The notes: generated by a model not told the origin, from the sequence alone. A stretch of 64,000 nucleotides of DNA from Chrysomallon squamiferum (GCA_012295275.1 CM022668.1:2604001-2668000); one strand, 5' to 3'; shown: positions 29,636-45,828, numbered from the stretch's first letter. Made by a program: numbers and translations.

Positions 29636-30825
29636 TGCATTTGGCTATGTATCAGAACATTTGTATAACGATGATGTATGAGAAAATTAATGTATGGTTG
29701 CATTTTGAATATATAGCTGGATATGTGAATGTGTATATAGCTATATACCCTATGTGTGTATGTGTGTGTGTATATATATATGAATTAATAATTGTTTTAT
29801 TTGTATTTTTACTTACTATATTCTCAGATACAGTGGTAGTAAAAACTGTGTAGATTATATAAAAAAAACAGAATGAAATCATCCTAATTCACAAAAACAG
29901 AACAAAGAGAGAACTGAGAAGAGAGATACACAAACATTTGTTTGTATCACAGTAAAAACAAACCGAAAGAGAAACTTTCTGTGAATTAAGATAAAAAAAA
30001 TGAAAATAATCATTTTTGTTTGTCTATACAACGATTTCGTTGTTTTTAGCTTTAATGAATGGGTATTGTAAGAATGTTTGTACGAATGTGTAAGGTATTA
30101 AAACAAAATATTTTGAGTGTGTGTTTATGTATGAAACAACAGTATAAATACAAGTGTATTAAAGGATTAAGTGGGGATTTCTGAGTGTAAATAGTTTAAC
30201 CCTTTGTAAGCTGTGTAACACTGAAGTTTGGATATAAAGAAGTGTAGACATTTCAGTGCCTCTTTTAACTGTGTGTCTTCCATAATAATTATTTTCTTCT
30301 TTCTTTCTTTCTCCTTTCTTTCTGTTCATACATCTATATGTATTCTCTCTTTGTTTCTTTCTTTCTCTCTCTCTTTTTTTTCATTCTTACCCAGTATCTC
30401 CATTCTTTCTTTTCCTTAGCTTTTCATTTTTATCCTTCTCTTTATTTTTTCTACATTTTCTTCTTTCTATCTCTGCTTCTTTCATCTCTCCTTTTCTCTC
30501 TTTGTCTGTCTGTCTGTCTATCTGTCTATCTGTCCATCATCTATATATCTATCTGTCTGTCTATCTGCAAATTTATCTAGCTAATAAACTAGAATTGTAA
30601 ATTTCTTTGACATCAAGAATCAGGTATTATTTATAAAAATAAGGATTCTGTGTTCAAACTAAGCAGTGGTTTCAACCTGGAACCACTTTCTGCAGTGGTG
30701 AAGTTTTTCAAACCTGGAATCCAGATGTCTGAACATTATGTAAACTGTTTCAATGAGTTTTAGAACCAGGAAAACAGTGTTTACATTCTTCAACCTCTTG
30801 TCTTCTTATTATCTCTCTCTCTCTG

Positions 30826-30955
<130 letters not shown>

Positions 30956-31897
30956 TTTTTGTAAAGGATCTCACTGAGTTTCATATGAAACTAATTTCTG
31001 GATATAATACAAAACAGAACTCTTGGACATATATCTGAATGTATGTATGGATGTATGAATAACTTACTCATTGGTGGCCACCTTACTGAATAAATGGCTA
31101 GATGGATGAATTAAAAGTATAGAGTGATGGATGAATGGATGAATAAACAATACTGATGGATGGATGAATGAATAAGAGGATAAATATATTATTAGTTTCA
31201 TTGATGTGTAGATAGAGAATGAGAAACCAGTGTTATAAACAGAAACACAATTGTACAAAAAAATGTATTATAGAAAGTTACTGTATGGATGGATAGATGG
31301 ATTGACATTTTGATGTCTAGATGGATGAATATTTGGAAGATTATGTGATGGATGGACAATTGATGAATGGATAAATAGTTCTACTGAAACAGAGTTGTTA
31401 CACAGTAAATGGACAGTTATTGACATGTAGAACACAGACAGATTTGATGTACAGCCGATTTTACTTCCACTGAAATACTCAACTGATATTTTAGTGTCAC
31501 TGAACAAGAGATAAAATTTATATTTTATGTTCACCATCACCATTAACAATGTAAACACACCAACAGAGCTATGGACAGACAGACAAATGGATTAATGGAC
31601 AACATTAAGCAAAGAACAAACACTGGAATCATTTAAATCTTGTTTGTCTGACAGGCTGGTGGGGGGGTTTGTGTGTTTTGTTTTTTTTGCTGTGAAGAAT
31701 TTCTGCTGGTTGCAGAACCTCACATGGATTGATAATACACATGTTGTTATCTGTGTCTGTGTTCTGTCTGCAGGGCAGAGGAATGTCTCAGCTTGGACAC
31801 TGTCCAAACTCTCCCCTTTGATGTCCTATCACTTTATTTACCATTTCACACACACCTGTACATCATGTTACATGTATTGTGCAATTATTATAGAGTG

Positions 31898-32490
31898 ATG
31901 TTATAGTCATTACATACAGCAGATATTACACATAGCTGATGCTATAGTCATTACATATAGCAGATATTATAGAGCTGATGCTTCAGTCATTACATATAGC
32001 AGATAGTATATAGCTGATGATATAGTCATTACACATAGCTGATGTTATATAGTAGATGATATAGTCATTACATATAGCAGATAGTATATAGCTGATGATA
32101 TAGTCATTACACATAGCTGATGTTATATAGTAGATGATATAGTCATTACATATAGCAGATATTATATAGCTGATGTTACTGTCATTACTAATAGCAGTTA
32201 TTATATAGTTAATGTTATAGTCATTACATATAGCAGTTATTATATAGTTAATGTTATAGTCATTACATATAGCAGTTATTATATAGTTAATGTTATAGTC
32301 ATTACATATAGCAGATATTATATAGTTGATGTTATAGTCATTACATATAGCAGATATTATATAGTTGATGTTATAGTCATTACTTATAGCAGATATTACA
32401 TAGTTAATGTTACTGTCATTACATATAGCAGATATTATATAGTTGATGTTACTGTCATTACACATAGCTGATATTATATAGTTGATGTCA
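31898..32490. repeat. 39-bp minisatellite GATGTTATAGTCATTACATATAGCAGATATTATATAGTT, ~15 copies
   Basis: Tandem units; 13-aa periodicity in minus-strand ORF 31983-32495. Confidence 0.95.
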
Positions 32491-33459
32491 CCCAAATGAA
32501 TATGTATGAGGTGGAAAGAACTGTTTTATTTAACAGTGGATGGCACACCCTTTTTTTTTGTTATGTAACATCCTACTTGAACATAAATTACAAATGTTGG
32601 GTTGAGTCAGGAAATTTGTTGTCTTAATGACACAAACACTTGACAGCTGTTTGCTTATTAAATGTGATGTATGTCTTCATTAACTTTGTAATTTATGTGT
32701 ATTTTAATTTTTTTTAGAAATATGATTACAGTGTCAGCCTATTAGGTATATTCTTTGGACTAAATATACAAAAAAATATATATATATATAAAAATCATCC
32801 ATACACATTTACATAAATATATGTGCATATATAAATGTCTGTGTGTGTGTGTGTATGTATGTGTCTGTGTATTTCTCTGTGTGTATGTATTTGTAGGTGT
32901 ATATGTATGTATATGTCTGTGTGTATATATGTATGTGAGTATGCTTTTTATTTTTGTGTGTATTTTTGTATATGTATATGTATATAGATATATAGGTATG
33001 TACATGTACATACACACAGTATATACACACACACACACACACACATACACACATTTGCATACACACACATATACACACACATTCACACACATTCACACAC
33101 ACATTCACACACACACTCACACATTCACAAACACACACACACACACTCACACATTCACAAACACACACAAACACACACACACATGCACACATTCACACAC
33201 ACACATATTTTTTGTTTTGTATGTTTTGGTTCACCTGGTCAGGTCAAGACTCTCACTGGACAAACTGCTATCAGTGAAATCTCAAAACTCTTCAACTTGG
33301 AACTCTTCCAGGTTCTCTACACTGAGCAGTGAAATCTCAACACAGCTGCAGGTCATGTGATCACAACATGTGTGTGTGTGTGTGTGTGTTGTGTCTCGTC
33401 ATAAACATCCCTGTCAGTCTCCTGTACCCATCTCTGACAGATACATGGAGAGAATCAGT

Positions 33460-33812
33460 GCAGTCATTTCAGGAATGGGAAAAAGATGACTTATAGACAG
33501 CTCAGAAATGGGGAAAAAAATGACAGCATTATAAGAATGGGGAAATGACTTTTTAGATGCTTTGGAAATGGGAAATAATAATATTACATAAATGGGGAAA
33601 ATGACTTGAGAGTCAGGACATAATTTTTAAAGAGCCTAGAAATGAGTAAAAAGTTACTCAGTCATTACAGAAATGGGGAAAAGTGACTTAGTCATTACAG
33701 AAATGGGGAAAAGTGACTCAGTCATTACAGAAATGGGGAAAAGTGACTTAGTCATTACAGAAATGGGGAAAAAGTGACTTAAGTCATTACAGAAATGGGG
33801 AAAAGTGACTTT
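33460..33812. repeat. 30-bp minisatellite GTCATTACAGAAATGGGGAAAAGTGACTTA (5 good copies from 33661, degenerate upstream)
   Basis: Direct inspection. Confidence 0.9.
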
Positions 33813-34148
33813 GTGAGTAGAAGAATGAGGACAATGACAAAATAAATAAATAAATAAGCAAGTAAATAGCCAGGTCTATCAAGTCCAAACATTTTCATGT
33901 AAACTTTATCATCCACAGATCTGTCAGTCTGTACAAGTTTCTGTCAACAGGTAGAAACAGAAACCATTGTTTTCTCTTTCACACCTGACTCTGTGTTACT
34001 TTATTGAGGTAAATATTACCTGTACCCACACACCTGTTTTCAAAATTAGTCTAGTGTTTTATATATCAGAGAATGTTGATGGAGAAAAGGGGTGTGTCTG
34101 AATTAAAAAACAATTCTCTTTTGTTTATTATTGAGATTGCTGTGATGT

Positions 34149-34237
<89 letters not shown>

Positions 34238-35099
34238 TGTCTGTGTGTCTCTCAGTACTGGTTAATGTTTAAAATATAAGAAATGTGTCAGTTTCATTTA
34301 TTTTAAAAAATAGATTTTTTTGTTTGTTCAAAATAATTAGTTTATATGTGCACATACATACACTCATATATATATACACATACATTATACATACATGCAT
34401 ACAAATACACATACATACAACTATATATATATATATTTTAAACACAGAATATTAAGATAGTAAGTTTTTATCTATTTTTATTGTTTTGTTTAATTTATTA
34501 CATTTCAATTATTTATTTAATTATTTATAATTATTTATTTTCAGATACTCTAATTTTTTTTTCTTTCTTTACTTTTATTTATTTCATAACACCTTGTTTT
34601 CTGTCTGAATTCTTTGTCATATTCCAACAAAAAAAAAAATAAATAAATAAATAATTAAAAATTTTTTTTTTTGATTCTTACATTTTATCTTATTTTTCCA
34701 CTCACTCTGTTTAAGACACTTTTATTGCCTGTTGATACTGAATTATTTACACTTAAATAAAACAAATTACCTGATAATTACCTGTAATCAAGTTTCAGGT
34801 AAAACGCTGATTAAGCTGTGTGTGCCTTTTTAACCCTGAGAACTCCGCTCGGATTCAATGCGTCTATTTTTAGCAGCAAAGAAAACACACACTGATTTGT
34901 TTATCAAAAAAAAAATGTCTCAGTGGCGAAGATTTTAAACTATTAAGATTAGTGGCTTCTTGTCCTGGTTAGATCTTTAATTAGATTAGAAGATGGTAAA
35001 TTATTTCAGTCAGCTTCTCAATTGGTGAATATTTTAATTTGGACTGAAAAAAAGTGGAGGATGAAGGGGGAATGGGGTAAAGAGAGAGAGAGAAAAAGA

Positions 35100-35722
35100 G
35101 AAGCATACAGACACTGAGAAATAAACACAGACATACACACACACACACATACACACACATACACACAGACACACACACACATACACATACACATAGACAC
35201 ACACACACACACATATACACATACACATACACACACACATACACACACACACACATATACACACATACACACATACATACACATACACACATATACACAC
35301 ACATACACACACATACACACATATATATATATATACACACACATATATACACATACATACACATACAACCATATATATACACATACATATTCACATACAC
35401 ACACACACACACACACCCACATACACACATATACACACACAAAATATTCACATACACACGCACACACAGACATACACAAATTTAAACAAAACATTCAATA
35501 GACATTTAGACAAATACACATACAAATACAAATACATATTTATATATAGACATAGAAATACATATACACACATATATAGAATACATACACACATACACAC
35601 ACACATATGCACACATACACACAAACACACAAACCTATGAACAAACACAATTATGTACACATATACACATGTGCACACACATGCACACACACACATACAG
35701 ACACACACACACATACACACAC

Positions 35723-35776
<54 letters not shown>

Positions 35777-35790
35777 AGACACACAAACTA
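35100..35790. repeat. Long interrupted (CA)n/(TACA)n tract
   Basis: Direct inspection. Confidence 0.9.
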
Positions 35791-36324
35791 CAAACCTACA
35801 TGAAACAAACACTAAGTATTAGACCAATGTTCTGGTTTCCGGAGAATGAACAGCTTAACCAACATAGACATAAAAAACAGAAAACGTTAAAAAAAAAAAA
35901 AAAAAAAAAAATTGTCAGTTTGCCAAACTCTGCTCACCACCGCATGTCATAAAAACCTGACTGAATAATCTGCAGTTTCCTTCCCTTGTTAACCGGAGCC
36001 AGCAACTAACATTTGAATCAACTGTGCAGTTCTGTGACCAGCTAAAAGTCAAATGCTTATGTAATTGTGAAAACCTGACTTAATAAAGGTTAAACTGTCG
36101 AAGAACATTTCATGCACATCCTCACTTTGGTCATGTTTTTAATCCCGTTATCAGTCAAATGGGTGTGTGGTACTTTTCATATTCACCCCGGTCATTAAAA
36201 AGTGTTAATCAGAGTTTCTGTAAGTCTGGTAGTTTTCTGTTGTATTATAGGGTGATGTTATTTGTTAATACTAGCAGACTAAAATCATAGTAAAAGTGAG
36301 GTCTTTAAAATAGCTTTTCAGTTG

Positions 36325-36399
<75 letters not shown>

Positions 36400-36509
36400 T
36401 CCATTCTTCTATCCTTCTCTCTTCAGTTGTTTGGTTGTTACTAAAAATGGTTTAAACTTTTGTGTCTTGTGTGGTAAAATAGAAAAACACCAACACACTT
36501 TAATAGATA

Positions 36510-36549
<40 letters not shown>

Positions 36550-37139
36550 CATGTTCATAATGAGTGTGAATGTATGTGTGTGTGTCTCTATATATGTGTG
36601 TGTGTGTAGGTATATCTGTATGGGAAAAGTTAGTCTGTATACCTGTGTGTGTATCTGTGTGTCTAGTCTAACCTAAATTACTTATAAAACAATGATACAT
36701 TATCAACTGAGGCATGCATTACGAAAATGCACCTGAAATGCACATGCAAAGATTATACCAAGAACTTTCCTAAATCACTCAAGAGCTTGTAGTCAGAATG
36801 ACAAAAACACCAGTGAGTGATGAAGAAAAACAAACAGATGTAAATAAAAAAAATTAAATATTCTCTGAGGAGTTTATTTTTAATCTGTATTATGTATGTC
36901 TGTGTTGAAAGATGTACACTGTGTATAAAGGACACCTGTGTAAATAAAGCATTAAGTACAGTTCTTCACCTGCAGGTTATGAGTGTATTTATTAAAAAAA
37001 ATTGTTTCTGATAAATATTATGGAGATTAATGTGTTATATAAATATACCTGAAATGAATATAGAAGATTTGTTGTGTGTAGTTTGAAAGTTATATTTATG
37101 TGTGTGGGTATGTGTACATTTTTCTGACAGAGAAAGAGA

Positions 37140-37219
<80 letters not shown>

Positions 37220-38864
37220 AAGAAAAATATAAAAATGATATAAAAATAGAGCAAGGGAGACAAATATATAGAACAAATGAGGAAAAGAATTAGACAAAAG
37301 AGACAGAAAGACAGAGACAGGGTTAGAGAGACAGAGACAGGTTGAGAGAAAAAGAGAGGGGGAGAGAGAGAGAGATCTTTTTGCATACGATTCAAAATAT
37401 AAATTAGTGCTGACGGAGTTACCTCCCCTGTAATATAAAATTTAGTGTTTGTAACAACAGAGAGAAATGGAAATGCACCTAAAAGTGCAATGTTTTCTCA
37501 CAGAAGTCTACATTGTCGTTGAGGCATACATATGTAAACTATCAGTGTTGTTGTAGCTGCAGTGTTTTGTATGTTGTCAGTGAGGCCTATGATGTAGTTT
37601 CATGGTGTGAAGTGTTGATGATAGGGTGGGGTTGAAATCACTGTGTCTCCTTGACACAAAAATGTTCACAAAACAAGACAGAAGTGTTTTATTACAAACA
37701 CTGTTATATACACAGGTTATTACATGCATGTTTTTATTACACTGTATTGCACTGTCATTGCCTATGTAGGTTACCACACACATATTCTGGATTTATTGTT
37801 GTTAGCATAATTATAACAGTACAAACATAATATGTTCATGACATATTCATAAAACACACACACACACACATACACAGATACACATACACACAGACACAGA
37901 TACACAGATATACACACACAGATACACAGACATACACACACACACACACATACACACACACAAGCATTACACATTCATATATATTATGATACATACACAA
38001 ACAAAACAAGCATAACAGATATATACATACATACAAGCACAGACACAGACAAATGTAACATAGATTTCTCTAACATATTAACACTAAATCTATATTCAAT
38101 AGACAAGCCATAAAATACATTTATATACATACATACATACACACATATAATCACACAAGATAGCTATTAAAAACCTTTGGAAACCACAAAACTAAGATAC
38201 CTTGTAACACACAGTGAAAATGAAAGATTTAATTTCTTCGTGTTTTTCTGTCAGTAAATATTTTCTGATGAAATCACCTCAGTGAAAGTAGACTGTGGTA
38301 TTTGTAGCAGGGATTAGCAGTAAATTCAGATATTAATGAGAGAAAAAAAGTGTGAAATCACTTTACACAGCATGGAGGCAGTTAAAACCAGATGGAGCAG
38401 TTTTAATGTTTGGGATAAAGTGAGGACTTGTACATTATCGTTATTCAACTATTTTATCTTTCTATTTATTTATTTATTTATTTATTTTTTTTTTATCTTT
38501 TTAAAAAAAAACAAATTTCACTTTCAGTAGTTCATACTGTTTGATGTTATTAATGTTCTTATGTTTTCACTGTAATTGTTTGTTTATTTATTTATTTATT
38601 TACTTACTTACTTGCTTATTTACATATTATTTTAATCATTCTCAGTGTCATTTAAAGACTGAATACAAAATTTCACAAATCTAAAATGATATTCATATTC
38701 TGTAATGACAAAACAGGTGAGATAACAGGGTGGCTGAATAAATGGATGGATGGATGGATGGATGAATGAATAGAAAAAAGTCCACATTCAGGTGAGAAGT
38801 ATTCATTGGTGATGACCACCTATGTTCAGGTGAAATCTATAATATTTAGATCAGATATGTACTA

Positions 38865-39032
38865 ATTATTCAGGTGAGATGTTTACCTGTGTTCAGGTAA
38901 GAGGTCTGTTGATGATCAGGTGAATTGTCTACCTGTGTTCAGGTAAGATGTCTGTTGATGTTCAGGTGAATTGTCTACCTGTGTTCAGGTAAGATGTCTA
39001 TTGATATTCAGGTGAATTGTCTACCTGTGTCT
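38865..39032. repeat. 46-bp tandem repeat (acctgtgttcaggtaagatgtctgttgatgttcaggtgaattgtct), ~3.5 copies
   Basis: acctgtgt at 38885, 38931, 38977 and 39023. Confidence 0.9.
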
Positions 39033-39611
39033 GTCACTAAGGTACAAGTGACCTGTGAGGTGTTGTAAAAATGTTGTTTAAACCTGTGTGACGAGTTTAT
39101 GTAACAAATTCAGAAGGTGACACCTGACATTCCACCTATAATGAGAAGTTGTGTTGACAGGAAAAGGGAAATAACTCACTTCAGTTTGATCACTCAGCCA
39201 ATCACTGCTTTGTGCAAAACAGCAGGGGAGGTAATCGTAGCCTTTTGCCCTTTTGCATGGCTAAAGTGTGTAGACTTCCAGCGTCTCTTTAAAGAATATT
39301 AACTCTGTTTATTTTGTCTTTGTCAAAAACATGAGTTCTGTTCAGTAACAGGATTCTGCTGTATGTGAGGTTCACTGATTATGTTGTGGTCTGTTTACAG
39401 AGGTTTGAGTTGTGTGTGTTAATAATTACTGTTCTTACTGTACTGATGGAGTTTTGGACAGCATCTGTGATGAAGTGTATTATAATATTTTCAGTAGTTA
39501 CAGATAACATAACTGATAAAATAAATATTTGTGTGGCACTAGTGAGCTACAGAGTGTGATCGTATTATAGCAAGAATTTAGACTCTGTGTGGATTGATGT
39601 ATTTTTACTTA

Positions 39612-39714
<103 letters not shown>

Positions 39715-40753
39715 AACATACACAAACACACACACACACATGCACATACACAGACACAAACACATCTAAGGTAAATAATCTTACATATACATTTGTGTGT
39801 GGGTGGGTGGGGTGGGGTGTGGGTGGGTGGTGAATGTGGGAGGGCGGTTGGCTGGGTGTGTCCCTGTATGAGAATAATTCTAACTCTACTAAAGATCTAT
39901 GAAACCCAGTCGTGCAGTATATCCCATCACAGTCTAAGAACGCCATCGTTTTCCCTGAAACAAGATTTACTTGTAATCTAACCACTCTCATCTTTTCACG
40001 CCTGGCTGAACACACAGTATTTAGTACATTACCTTCCCTTCGCGGTCTCTGAACACACACACAGACGCGCAGACTGGAGTTATTAAAGCCATGACAAGAT
40101 GACCATTTGGTTTACTGTTTGTCATCTTCCCAAACAGTTCCGTCCATCTCGGTAGTTACATAGAATATTGGATGGATGGACAGATGAATGGATGGATGGA
40201 TGGATGAACGGATGAATTAACAAATTAATGAACTGAAAAGTTGAATGACCGAATAAACTGAATAAATAAATGTATGAATGAATGAATGAAAAACGAGTGA
40301 ATAGATCGATGGATGAATGAAATGATGAATTGTATGAATGAATGAATAAAATGAATGACAGAAGGATGGTTTAACAGACAGACAGACACATGGACAGACA
40401 GCTAGATGACTAATGGTTTGGGTTGGTGGGACGTCGCTGTAAAGACAGGACATGAAGATGGATGTATGGATGGATGGATTCATATGTCAGTGGTTGATTG
40501 CAACATACAAGAATGAATCAGTGATGGACAACTATGCTTTAATTAATAAGACAATTAACAAATAAAACTTGCTGAATTCCTCTATGTGTGTAGATGATTG
40601 CAGTGGTAAAAAAAACCTGCAGGTGAGACAACCAGTTTTAGTGTTGTTTGTCACATCAAAGAGATGTGTGAGAGTCCACAGATTTTAAATTTATATTTTT
40701 ATATTCTTTATCCCTCCCTCTCTCACTGTCTGTCTCTTTCTGTTCTTTCTGTG

Positions 40754-40826
<73 letters not shown>

Positions 40827-42119
40827 CTGTCTTCCTTTACTTTCTAAGATACATGTATGTAGCTATTTTTTTATGTATGTCTGCATGACTATCTGTATAT
40901 ATGTATATGTCTATGTATTATCTAAGTATGTATTTATGTATGTGCATGTGTACATCTGTTGTGTATGCATGTATATGTTATATATATGTATATATATATA
41001 TGTGTATATATCTGTGTGCATCTGTATATAATGTATCTTATTTTTTTTCCCTCGCACACATTTTCTTTATAACCTCAATGAGAATTCTTTTCTTTTCTTA
41101 ATGTTTATACTGTCACCATAATACCTCTACCGAAAACAGAGCAGTTTTTCTTGTTGGCCTATATTGTCTGGGGTGCCAGTCTCCAGCAGGGAGGAATGTA
41201 GGTTTACTGACAAAGTGTCAGTTAATTGACGACATGCTGCTTTTCAGAAAGCTGACTTTGTAAAACTGGAATTTACTTTCAATACTGGATGTCGAAAACA
41301 TGTTTATATCACAGGTCTGTTTGTCAAAATTACTTCATTATTTCTGTTGTTGTTGTTGTTACTGTTTTATCAGCACTATTATTATTATTATTATGATTAT
41401 TATTAGTGTCAACATCACTGTTATTTTACATATATTTGTGAATAAACACATATTTATGTCTGATAGTCTGTAAGTATGATTTTAATATGTATGTGTTTGT
41501 GTGTGTGTTAGGGTGAGTGTGTATGTGTTTGTGTATGTATGTTTGTATATGAGTGTGTGTGTGTGTGTGTAAATTTAATGACTGTAAAGTGTTTATATAT
41601 AACTGTATATATCTGGCACTGTGTAATATATGCAGTATGTAATGTGAGCTGGTAGTGAGATAAGAACCGATAACCCACAGGATGAAACAGATAACACGTA
41701 ACACACACCTGTGTAATCACTGTGTAAACTGCCACATCAAGTCCTCGCAGGATACAACTACCACCGCTAATAAGAATTTATTACATCTCTGATCTAACGT
41801 AACTAAAATCTTTAACATAAACTCAAGTCACTCCAATACATCAAAACATTTTCTTGTCTTACAAAAATACCAAGAATTTTTTTTTCTATTTTTTTTTTTT
41901 TTTTACTTCAAGTTACACAGAGTGAAAAATGTAAGAAATCTAATTTTATAAATGATCAGTATGTGCCACAGACACATAAAGAATTTATTTTTCAACTCAT
42001 TTATTTATTTTTATCACTAATGAATAACAGTATGCAAGTCAGGTCATACCGTGATCTTTGAAATTAGCAGTAATAAGAATAAATCAAGAAAACATACACA
42101 AGCTAATATGCTCTGTTAA

Positions 42120-42715
42120 AAGCCCATGAGAGGCACATTGAACCTTCAGTGGGTTTAGCATATTTCAGAATGTTGTCTGACTGCTGAATACTGTCTCATT
42201 TGGTTAAGTTATATGCCCATTACTGGCGTACTTTAATCTTCAGTGGATTTAAGAATATTTCAGTATGAATACTTTAATTAACAATTTAAGTGTTACATGA
42301 ACCTGCAACAGATTATGTACTGAACCAAATGCACTCTTGTTTAGTTAAAAATTGTGTGTCCATTACAGGCATGCATTAACCTTCACTAGATTTTAGTGTG
42401 GTTATTGAACTGAATACATTTTCATTTAGTTAACTGTTACATGCTCACTGCAGGCATACATTAACCTTCAATAAATTTAAACATATTTCAGAACATACTC
42501 CCTCAGTTAGTTAACAGTTAAGTGTCCATTACAGGCATGCATTAACCTTCAACATATTTCAGAACATACTCCCTCAGTTAGTTAACAATTAAGTGTCCAT
42601 TACAGGCGTGCATTAACCTTCAATGGATTTGTGAAATATTTCAAAATGGGTAGTCAACAATTATATGCCCATTACAGGCATACATCGACTTTCGTGGATG
42701 TGAGGATGTTTCAGA
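42120..42715. repeat. Degenerate ~70-85-bp tandem repeat (ccattacaggcatgcattaaccttca...), ~7-8 copies
   Basis: cattac(a/t)ggc core recurring near 42218, 42361, 42527, 42597 and 42669. Confidence 0.8.
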
Positions 42716-43170
42716 CTGGTACAGCTGTACTGGTCTAAGTGAACTGACAGTAAGCTGACAACTATTCCAATCGCCAGTGTCAGCTGCGAGAATTCTGGGT
42801 ATTTCGACGATGACGATGTTGTCACTTCACAACGTCGTTGTCACCTCCAGTTTACTGGGAACTCTGACTTCCAGGCGTTGGACGAGTCACAGAGTGTTTA
42901 CCTGCGAGTGTTTGTTCTCCCAGTCACAAAAGACTTCCAGGACTTTCGCCGGTTTGATGGGAAATCTCGTGGTTACCTGTTAATGCAGAGCTCAAAGGTG
43001 TCCTCGGCCAATCAGAGGCTGCGACTGACTGTGTGTTCCCACTGGGAGCGAAAAACACAGCAGCAGAGAGACGTGTGGATGTTCATATGTCAGTGACTGG
43101 CCTCAGCTTGAAAGATGTAGATTATCTGAAGATTTAGAACTTAACACAGAACAACATGGGTGCCATTGTT

Positions 43171-43230
<60 letters not shown>

Positions 43231-43250
43231 GTCTCTCTGTCTCTCTCCTT

Positions 43251-43349
<99 letters not shown>

Positions 43350-45757
43350 TAATTTTAAAAAAACAGAAAAAAGGATTAATACAAATTAACTCCATCACTT
43401 GCATTAAGTTAGCCTAATAATTGTGTATTGTTGATGAGGCCAGATTAAGGTTAATATAATTATATAGTTTGTAATGACCAGTTTAAATTAAAGTGTGAGT
43501 ATAAATACAAGGCAACACATACCTGAACTTTACATATTGATATTTCATACTTTATATATGCATGATTGTAACACATATTTTACATATATATACTATTTAT
43601 TTTACATATTTATAAAAAGTTTTATGAATTAACTACTGAAAGAGAAAAAACCCACAAAAGCATTTTCTGATCTACTTTGCAGTAATCAATAAATCTTTTT
43701 TTTTTTTTTTTTTTTTAAACGTGTTTACCCAAATGAGGCCCCACTGTACCCCTTCCTTTGTGTTGACAAAGTTGGTCATTCTGCTGAAAGTTGTACCAGG
43801 GCATGTTCAGATTGCGTCCCCACCCAACTCAAATTTTCACTTCTGCGGATTAATTCTGTTCACCTACAGTTGTGTACAGCACTGTTTTCACCTCATTCAC
43901 AAACTAAAGGATACATTATTTACCTGTTGAACTTTGGAAGGTAATTATTTTTTTACCTGTGACCTGAATGTTGTGTTTTTTCCACTGGAGACACAGTAAC
44001 AACAGCTACACAAGGTGAATTTTGTTTTACAACGGTTTTACCTGCTTGCAATACCTGTTTTCTCTTCTTACCTGACTGGTAATGTTTGCATATTACTTCA
44101 AAATGTCTTTTTAACTTTCCTGTTGTTAGTTTTTATTATCAGACTTTAGTACAGGTAATAACTGAAAGTAGGACAACTTGAAAATGTTTTTACCTGTCCA
44201 CAACTTTGCCAGTCCAGTTTAGCTACAGGTTGCCTTGCACTAAACGATTTTTCATCCTTGACAATGTTCATTACTCTACATTTAATGTTACGACAGTAAA
44301 AATAAAGTAATATACTAACAACAAAGAGGATTTGTCCAAATTTATTTATTTATTTATTTTTACCAAATATTTAAAAGAATTTAAGAGTTTTTTTTCATGA
44401 CTTTTTACTACCACTGTTTTAAGAATTTAAAAAAAATAATAATAAAAAAATTCTTTACAAGCTAGCTTACATTGTTTCAGATACTGACAATGTAGTATCA
44501 GTGATAATTAAATTAATTTAATTGTTATGTTAGTGTTATATATATATAAAATATGTGTCATGTAGGTGTTAAATAAATGTTAGATAATGTAATAGGTCAA
44601 ATAGGTGTTACAAACTAACACATTATAACACAGGTTTATTTCAGATGTTATACATATATCAGATACTGTAACAGTAACATGCATGCTATGTCATATAAAG
44701 TTACACATTGTTACATTGTAAACAGATATTCAGAACTGCATATTGTAACATATTCCTAATCAGTAATCTGTAACATTAGATTTATGAAAGAAAGATGTTA
44801 CAATTTTACTTAGTGTAACTCATGTTATGTTGTAATATTTTTTTGGATACAGTGGTTCTCTGTCAAACAGGTGTATTTGTTTTCTGACACAGGTGTTTTT
44901 GAGTTTATTTTGTGATGTATGTCAAATAGTGTCACTTTACTGTTTTATACAGACAGATGTGTTATAACTGTTTTATAACATCTACAGGTGTATTTTATGT
45001 CAGGTGTATTACCTAGACTTCATTAAGGTTTTTTTATCACTTTGTTATTACAGTTTTTTGGGGTGTTTTTTTTTTTTTTTTGAAGACTCTTACCTAGACT
45101 TTATTCAGGTTGTTTTATTCATATTTTGTACAAACATTCACTTTTACATAGTCTTTGTTCACATTTATTCATTTTCATCATGTAATTTATTATCTTCACT
45201 TTTATCTAGACTTTATTCAGGTTGTTTTATTCATTTTCTTTTAAAATATATTCAGTTTTGTACAGACTTTATTCAAGATTTTTATTCAAGATTTGACTCA
45301 GATATCAACAAAATATTACATATAAGTCATTTAAGTTATTTTAACTATTATGAGATAACAAAGTCTACATCACACACACACACACACACCCTCTACCATT
45401 TTGTGCAGAGCATGCATTGAGAAAAGGTCATCACAAAGGTAAAATAACTAACACATGAATTGTCTTCTCAAACATCCAGTTGTACTGACACACACACATC
45501 CGTAAGTACCCACAGAAAATAACCAGTATTTTATACATTTTTATTATTGTTTCATTCATTTTTATTATTATTTTTATTTAATTTATTTTTATTATTATAG
45601 TTTAGTTATTTTTATTATTATTGTGAAGATTATAATTTTTGTTTTTGTCTCTATCTGTTTATTTTATCTCTGGACTTGTCTTTCTTTTTTGTCTCTAACC
45701 TTTTCTTTCTCTTTCTCTTGTTTCTTTTTCTTCTTTCTTTTTCTATCTACTATTTTG

Positions 45758-45828
<71 letters not shown>

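Noticed and set aside
31983-32495. 170-aa minus-strand ORF with a 13-aa repeat (INYIISAICNDYN)
   Set aside because: It results from a 39-bp minisatellite that lacks stops in one frame; there is no unique coding flank.
33243-33281. VKTLTGQTAISEI resembling ubiquitin VKTLTGKTITLEV
   Set aside because: Similarity does not extend either side and a stop follows; probably chance.
38265-38295. CTGATGA...GAAA hammerhead-like core
   Set aside because: No proper stem II closure, and no stems I/III could be built.
38885-39030. Repeated CAG|GTAAGA strong donors
   Set aside because: They lie inside a 46-bp tandem repeat with no associated acceptor or ORF; probable decoys.
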